A model generated the notes under the pieces. That model saw nothing but the letters and a program-made list of their open reading frames with translations, searched no databases and was not told where the DNA came from. Shown here piece by piece: positions 59,159 to 64,000 of a stretch of DNA of 64,000 bases; position 1 is the first letter of the stretch; the number at the start of each line of letters is the position of its first letter. This DNA comes from Thermoplasmatota archaeon (GTDB taxonomy: Archaea > Thermoplasmatota > Poseidoniia > Poseidoniales > Thalassarchaeaceae): NCBI GenBank assembly GCA_036138175.1, contig JAZAAK010000014.1, forward strand, positions 20,572-84,571. Direction: 5' to 3'. The translations under genes and the position numbers were made by a program.

Positions 59159-59346
59159 GCCTACTCCTCGAGAACCTTCGGGCAATGCCTCCCTCTTTGA
59201 TGCTATCCTACAGAATTCGAGTGGTTTATCGGCCCTTGGAAATGCGCTTTCAATAATCCCTACTCCCTCATTAGAGGGAGAATCATGTATAACTCAACAA
59301 ACCCACCCTTTCTTAATGGGTAGAAGTAGGCCGATGGTTCGTAGCC

Positions 59347-62300
59347 ATGTCTAATCCTCGTCAACTGCTGAGCAAGCGCAGGTATGCCTTGCTTCTTGCA
59401 ACATTGATGGTTTTGTTGCCTTGGTCTGCATATTCTGACGTGAATCAGTTAGAATCAGAGCAAGAAATTCGTGAGGTTTCGCAGGCTGCATGGGGCGCCT
59501 CGGGAAGTAACGACACCGGATGGATTGATTTGGTCGCTACCGGAGCCGATCCGAATAATGGTAGTTATGCATACAGCGACTTATTCCTGCCATTTGCTCC
59601 AGGGGCACAAATTTCGAATCTAACCTTCGAAATTGCGGTAAATGGCTCTGCAGGATACTGGGCAAATGAGCCTCAGATAACTCTGATGGACACTCAAACT
59701 CCAATCCTCGATTGGAGAGGTTACGGAGACCTCGGTCAGCAGAATGAGATGCAGAACAACCCTCCGAGTGTTCTGAACGGTACTCTAAGCACTCATCTGA
59801 AACCCAACTCAATCTCTGATGCCTCGTGGGAATTACCGGCCGGAGTGACACTAACTGACATGGTAATCGAGGCATTAAGGCCGGCCGACCCAATGGTTTC
59901 CTATTCAGCAGTCGACATAGACATTCATGACTCCACGGTAAATCCGCATGATGGTCGATTGTACATATTGTTAGACGATGACCTTCTACATCTAGACGCT
60001 CGTTCTCAGAAACCAATTGTGGATATTGAAACAGGAATCAGGGGAAGGTCGTTAGCAATAGACAATGACGCTGGAACTTTACTAATTGGAACAGAAGATG
60101 GTTCAGTTCTTTCACGGAGTTTGTACGATTCCTCAGAAATTCCGAATTTAAGGGAACCAACCGGTTTACAAAACGCAGGAATCTATTCACTATCGGTCGA
60201 TGATTACGGGACGGTCTGGGCTGCTGGAAATTGTAGCATTCACTTCAAGCCAATTGGAGAAGTAGTCTGGAGTGAGTATGATTACTGTCCGACGCTAAGC
60301 ATAGAAACTCCATCTGACATTATGATAATTGGCGACAGTGTTTACTTGGCAACAACAAATGCTGGAGTTCACATTCTCAATTACATCACTTCATCTTCCT
60401 CAGGAAGTGTTTCTGTATCTATCGATTCCCAAACAGATTGGAGCACTCAGAATTTTCTTTCCTCGGACCTAATTTCCGACCTCGAGGTTGTTGGCAATCA
60501 TCTGCTAATTGCAACCGCTGATTCAGGCATCAACCGTAGAGACTTAACCGCACAATCTTGGATAGCCACATGGTCAACAAATAACTGGTTGGCTTCTAAT
60601 CAAATTCATGGCCTATCTCTGACACCAGGTTGGCTACATATTCTCGCAGGTACCACAGTTCATGCTTACGATACCAATTCGTTAATCTTCCAATCTCAGA
60701 ATCAACTCTCACAACTTGGTTTGTATGGAAATGGCGCAATGGCTATCGCTTGGCCAGCACACCCATTCCGAGGACCAATCTCCTCAACCGCCCTGTTTAG
60801 TGATGGCTCAGGAACTCTTGGAATGCAGATTGCTGAGAATCCCGCTGGAACATTGGCTCTAGTCAGTGGTCCTTCTATCGATGGGATGGATGTAGTATCT
60901 CGTATTGATGATGGAGATAGTGGAGAGATTTGGGTTGCAAGTGGCAGAATAATCGATCGATTCGATGAAGCCGATCGTACTTGGAAGAATCCAATCGATA
61001 TCCGTGATTATGTCAGCAATCCTGGCCGAATCATTGCTATTCAACAAGATGATAACTATAATGTTTGGATTGGAACAACCAACGCTGGAGTTTTGAGGTT
61101 AGAAAATACCGATGGCAGTTACATAGGAACCGTATCCGGATTAAGCTCAAACGTCGTTAGTTCCCTGGCCTTTGACGATACAAATGGCTACTTGGTAGTC
61201 GCCCATAGCCAATCTGGAATATCAATTATCGATACCAATCAGATGACACTAGTGGATACTATCACCACTTCGGATGGTCTAGATTCCGACTTTGTTAATT
61301 CGGTTGCCACTAGATTTGGAATAGCATACATGGCCACTCCTGACAAGGGAGTAATGCGAGTTGAATTGTCCACTTCGACCATCATTGGCTCTTGGCAATC
61401 ACTTGGCGCCGATGATTTAGATGCAACACCGGTTGCAGTTGATGGCGATGTGGTTTATATTGGATTGTACGAGTTTGGAATTCTTGTTGTAGATAGGCTA
61501 ACTGGCGATATTTCCGACCTTTGGAATCAGGACACAAACTCGCTTCCAGATGATGATGTATTATCTCTAGAGATGGATGATTTTGGAGGCCTATTGGTCG
61601 GCTCAGAAGGCTCTTTCTCGCGCTATGATGGTAGCACTTGGACTACATTGACTACCAGTGGTGCATGGTGGAATCGACCTAGTGTATTCTATGATGTAAC
61701 AAGCGATGGAGATGGTCTTTACGCTGGCACAAATAGGGGGGCATGTAAATGGAATTGGCAATATCAATTCGAAGATTGCGTAAGTTCTGGCGATGGCCTA
61801 GAAAGTCGCTTCGTGTACACAATCGAGATGCTCGCCCCTGACAGAGCATACACAGGAGGAAACCAAGGCGCTGGTATAGTTAACATGGACAACTTCAGCG
61901 TAATTGAGACTTGGACTGCAGGTGACAATACTCAGCGTGCTCGCACAGTCAAAGTTGACGACATCCTTTACCTTGGATTCGAAAATACCGGTATAGCTCG
62001 TTATGACTTAACCAACAATGAATGGCTAACGACTTGGGATGGCGATCAAGGATACATCAATGATGATGATGTAACCGCTCTTGTACCCGGTCTGACCTAT
62101 GGTACCATTTGGGCCGGTGGTGACTTTGGGCTTACACTAATCGATGTCATCAATGATGTAGTGCTCATCTCATGGGATAGAGGTTCGAATCCAAATGGTC
62201 CTACTCTTTCCAATTCAATACCCGCTGACATAGAAATTTATGGCGGCATTTTACATTACTCTACCCAGCGTTCAACCAGTTGGTGGGGTGGTGGTTCTGA

Positions 62301-64000
62301 TAGTATTTACCGCATCAATTTGACAACTAATACCAGCCTGACACCCATAGAGGTCGACGACCGCACAGGCTGGAATGGTGTAATCAATGGAATTGGAATA
62401 GTTGATGACCAATTGTGGATTGGTATTCGACCGACTCAGACTTGGAATAATGGAGATGGAACAATCGTTCGCTGGAATATGACCAATGAGTCATGGGAAG
62501 ATGATTTGTCAACAATAGGTAATGTATTGCGAGTAAATGCAAGATTCCTTGGTGAGTGCTTCCCGCTGAACACAAGCTCGTGCGAACTATGGGTCGCCTA
62601 TGGAAACTTCATCCTACGGCGATTCAATGCAGATACAATGACACTACTAGACGAGTGGACGGACGTAGATGGTCCAATCCGTGGAATGGAAGAATACCAA
62701 GGAGAATATCTCTTCGCTAGTATGAACGGTATCCTACGATGGGATCCTGTAAACGAAACATGGCTTGATTCATGGACTCCAGGTGATGGTTTACCATCGA
62801 ATACAGAAGAGGAATTCTATTCTATGAAAGTCATCGGTACCGACCTATGGGTTGGAAATATGGAATCTAGTGGATGGAACTCAAATGCTCAGATTTTGAG
62901 AAAGGATGGAATAACTGGAAATTGGTCTTCATGGGATTTAGGGACTGGAGATATTCCAGGTGGATATGCAGCAGACATCGGTATCTGCGATGACATTGTG
63001 CACGTTGCTATAGGGGCCCGATTTTGGTGGGGTAATCAAGGCGGTGTAGCCCGATATGACCTCATAGATCACGATTCTGATTCAATTACCAATGAATGGA
63101 TTAGTGCGATGACCTCTGGTAGCTCTGGGCTGTCAAATAATGATCCTAGAGCAGTGACGTGTGATGAAGCCAATGATATCCTCTACATTGGATACGATAC
63201 ACAAGGGGTCGGGATTGATCGATACAACTACAATACCGACTCATATCTTTCAACACTCACCGCCGCAGATGGAATAAGCGAGGACAGAATTTTCCCAGGT
63301 GGATTATTACATGACAACAACGTTCTCTTGGCCGCACATCAGTACGACAACCAAGGCGGGATTTCTCGACTGATAACTTCCGGAACAGCAACCGCCAACG
63401 GGCAGGTTCTAGATCCTGGAATGGATGGCTGTTCGATAGATAGGGCTCCTTCATCAACAAGTCAGGTAATCTATGCCATTGGAAGGTCTGGACAAACGAC
63501 AGGCCTGAACAGAGTTGATAGATTGGATAGTTCGGGATTGATTGCAAGTGGCTATGACGAATTGGCTGGACTAACCAGCGGTCGTGTTTTGGAAATAATT
63601 TCTAACGACACTCATGTATGGATAACCTCAGCATTGGATTCTAGTTCATATTACGGCTCTTCGATCCTTCAAGGAAAAATTCTAGCAAATGGTTCGGTTA
63701 GGTGGGAATATGGTTACAATTTCCAACAAGATGTAGTCAATGAAATGACCCTGGATGGAGAGACTCTGTGGGTTTCTACGGCTGGCCGTGGACTCAAGGC
63801 GATTGACCTTAAGCAACGCCGCATAGTGTCCACCCCTCCCGCGCTCCACGCCCAGATGGATGGGATGATAATTGAGAACAACACAATGTATGTTGGACTA
63901 ATGGGCAATGAAGGCTCAGCGGCCGGATTCCAAACCTTCGATACCCTAAGTCGGCAATGGGGCTATGGAAGCCTAATCGCCGGACTACCCAGCAATCTCG
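59347..64000 (+). CDS. Giant secreted multi-beta-propeller repeat protein (two-component-regulator-propeller / Reg_prop-like repeats), 3'-truncated by the window edge (>1550 aa)
   Basis: The frame was checked codon by codon and is open from the ATG at 59347 to nt 64000. Signal peptide MSNPRQLLSKRRYALLLATLMVLLPWSAYS. Many W-containing repeats (VWIGTTNAGVLRL, LWVGNMESSG, LWIGIRPT, LYIGYDTQG). It is absent from the ORF track only because it lacks a stop. Confidence 0.75.
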   Translation, partial: MSNPRQLLSKRRYALLLATLMVLLPWSAYSDVNQLESEQEIREVSQAAWGASGSNDTGWIDLVATGADPNNGSYAYSDLFLPFAPGAQISNLTFEIAVNGSAGYWANEPQITLMDTQTPILDWRGYGDLGQQNEMQNNPPSVLNGTLSTHLKPNSISDASWELPAGVTLTDMVIEALRPADPMVSYSAVDIDIHDSTVNPHDGRLYILLDDDLLHLDARSQKPIVDIETGIRGRSLAIDNDAGTLLIGTEDGSVLSRSLYDSSEIPNLREPTGLQNAGIYSLSVDDYGTVWAAGNCSIHFKPIGEVVWSEYDYCPTLSIETPSDIMIIGDSVYLATTNAGVHILNYITSSSSGSVSVSIDSQTDWSTQNFLSSDLISDLEVVGNHLLIATADSGINRRDLTAQSWIATWSTNNWLASNQIHGLSLTPGWLHILAGTTVHAYDTNSLIFQSQNQLSQLGLYGNGAMAIAWPAHPFRGPISSTALFSDGSGTLGMQIAENPAGTLALVSGPSIDGMDVVSRIDDGDSGEIWVASGRIIDRFDEADRTWKNPIDIRDYVSNPGRIIAIQQDDNYNVWIGTTNAGVLRLENTDGSYIGTVSGLSSNVVSSLAFDDTNGYLVVAHSQSGISIIDTNQMTLVDTITTSDGLDSDFVNSVATRFGIAYMATPDKGVMRVELSTSTIIGSWQSLGADDLDATPVAVDGDVVYIGLYEFGILVVDRLTGDISDLWNQDTNSLPDDDVLSLEMDDFGGLLVGSEGSFSRYDGSTWTTLTTSGAWWNRPSVFYDVTSDGDGLYAGTNRGACKWNWQYQFEDCVSSGDGLESRFVYTIEMLAPDRAYTGGNQGAGIVNMDNFSVIETWTAGDNTQRARTVKVDDILYLGFENTGIARYDLTNNEWLTTWDGDQGYINDDDVTALVPGLTYGTIWAGGDFGLTLIDVINDVVLISWDRGSNPNGPTLSNSIPADIEIYGGILHYSTQRSTSWWGGGSDSIYRINLTTNTSLTPIEVDDRTGWNGVINGIGIVDDQLWIGIRPTQTWNNGDGTIVRWNMTNESWEDDLSTIGNVLRVNARFLGECFPLNTSSCELWVAYGNFILRRFNADTMTLLDEWTDVDGPIRGMEEYQGEYLFASMNGILRWDPVNETWLDSWTPGDGLPSNTEEEFYSMKVIGTDLWVGNMESSGWNSNAQILRKDGITGNWSSWDLGTGDIPGGYAADIGICDDIVHVAIGARFWWGNQGGVARYDLIDHDSDSITNEWISAMTSGSSGLSNNDPRAVTCDEANDILYIGYDTQGVGIDRYNYNTDSYLSTLTAADGISEDRIFPGGLLHDNNVLLAAHQYDNQGGISRLITSGTATANGQVLDPGMDGCSIDRAPSSTSQVIYAIGRSGQTTGLNRVDRLDSSGLIASGYDELAGLTSGRVLEIISNDTHVWITSALDSSSYYGSSILQGKILANGSVRWEYGYNFQQDVVNEMTLDGETLWVSTAGRGLKAIDLKQRRIVSTPPALHAQMDGMIIENNTMYVGLMGNEGSAAGFQTFDTLSRQWGYGSLIAGLPSNL

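Noticed and set aside
59537-63908. Five minus-strand ORFs (60-159 aa) within 59.5-63.9 kb
   Set aside because: They lie antisense to the continuous 4.6-kb open frame of the propeller protein and have no motifs.
1-64000. Searched for CRISPR arrays, transposases or integrases, rRNA and tRNA genes
   Set aside because: No direct-repeat/spacer periodicity, no DDE or tyrosine-recombinase motifs in any sizeable ORF, and no rRNA-like conserved blocks or tRNA cloverleaf signatures were found in the intergenic regions.

Overview
This 64-kb window is a chromosomal segment from an archaeon of about 47% GC, with 45 confident protein-coding genes on both strands. No rRNA, tRNA, CRISPR array or mobile element was detected. 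The archaeal assignment rests on recognisable genes. These are PolD large subunit DP2 with its NCDGDEDS motif, primase large subunit PriL, and an RpoD-S11-S4-S13 block. They also include DUF373, an HTH_10 halobacterial-type regulator, an MptE-like kinase and an archaeal-type LeuRS. A marine planktonic euryarchaeon of the MGII/Poseidoniales kind is a plausible but unproven source. Housekeeping and central metabolism genes include pyrE, cyclophilin, fumC, rpe, trxA, a BolA plus monothiol-Grx pair, MetAP2, YrdC, leuS, pckA, maeB and a lone homodimeric-type aceE. Peptide-degrading enzymes are also present (M32 carboxypeptidase and an S15 X-Pro dipeptidyl-peptidase lipoprotein). About 11 kb encodes three giant surface proteins. 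Two carry acidic calcium-binding thrombospondin-type-3-like repeats and a C-terminal membrane anchor, and one is a multi-beta-propeller protein of more than 1550 aa that runs off the window end. The items most worth a second look are listed below. (1) A roughly 560-bp GC-rich tract that is 77-85% pyrimidine on the + strand has no credible ORF. It lies downstream of a heavily structured roughly 200-nt element that ends in an oligo-T. (2) A ribbon-helix-helix DNA-binding domain is fused in frame to the N-terminus of fumarase, behind a 29-nt A/T-rich element with palindromic sub-motifs. (3) A 1264-aa polytopic membrane protein of unknown family lies next to a membrane-anchored FKBP isomerase. (4) An archaeal TPD/CDIN1-like putative PD-(D/E)XK nuclease is present. 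(5) A Upf1-like SF1 helicase is divergently paired with an acidic SAP/zinc-ribbon protein. (6) The RpoD homologue carries extra CxxC zinc-ribbon insertions, and the ribosomal/RNAP cluster is truncated after rpoD. Coordinates of hairpins and motifs were counted by eye and may be off by 1-2 nt.
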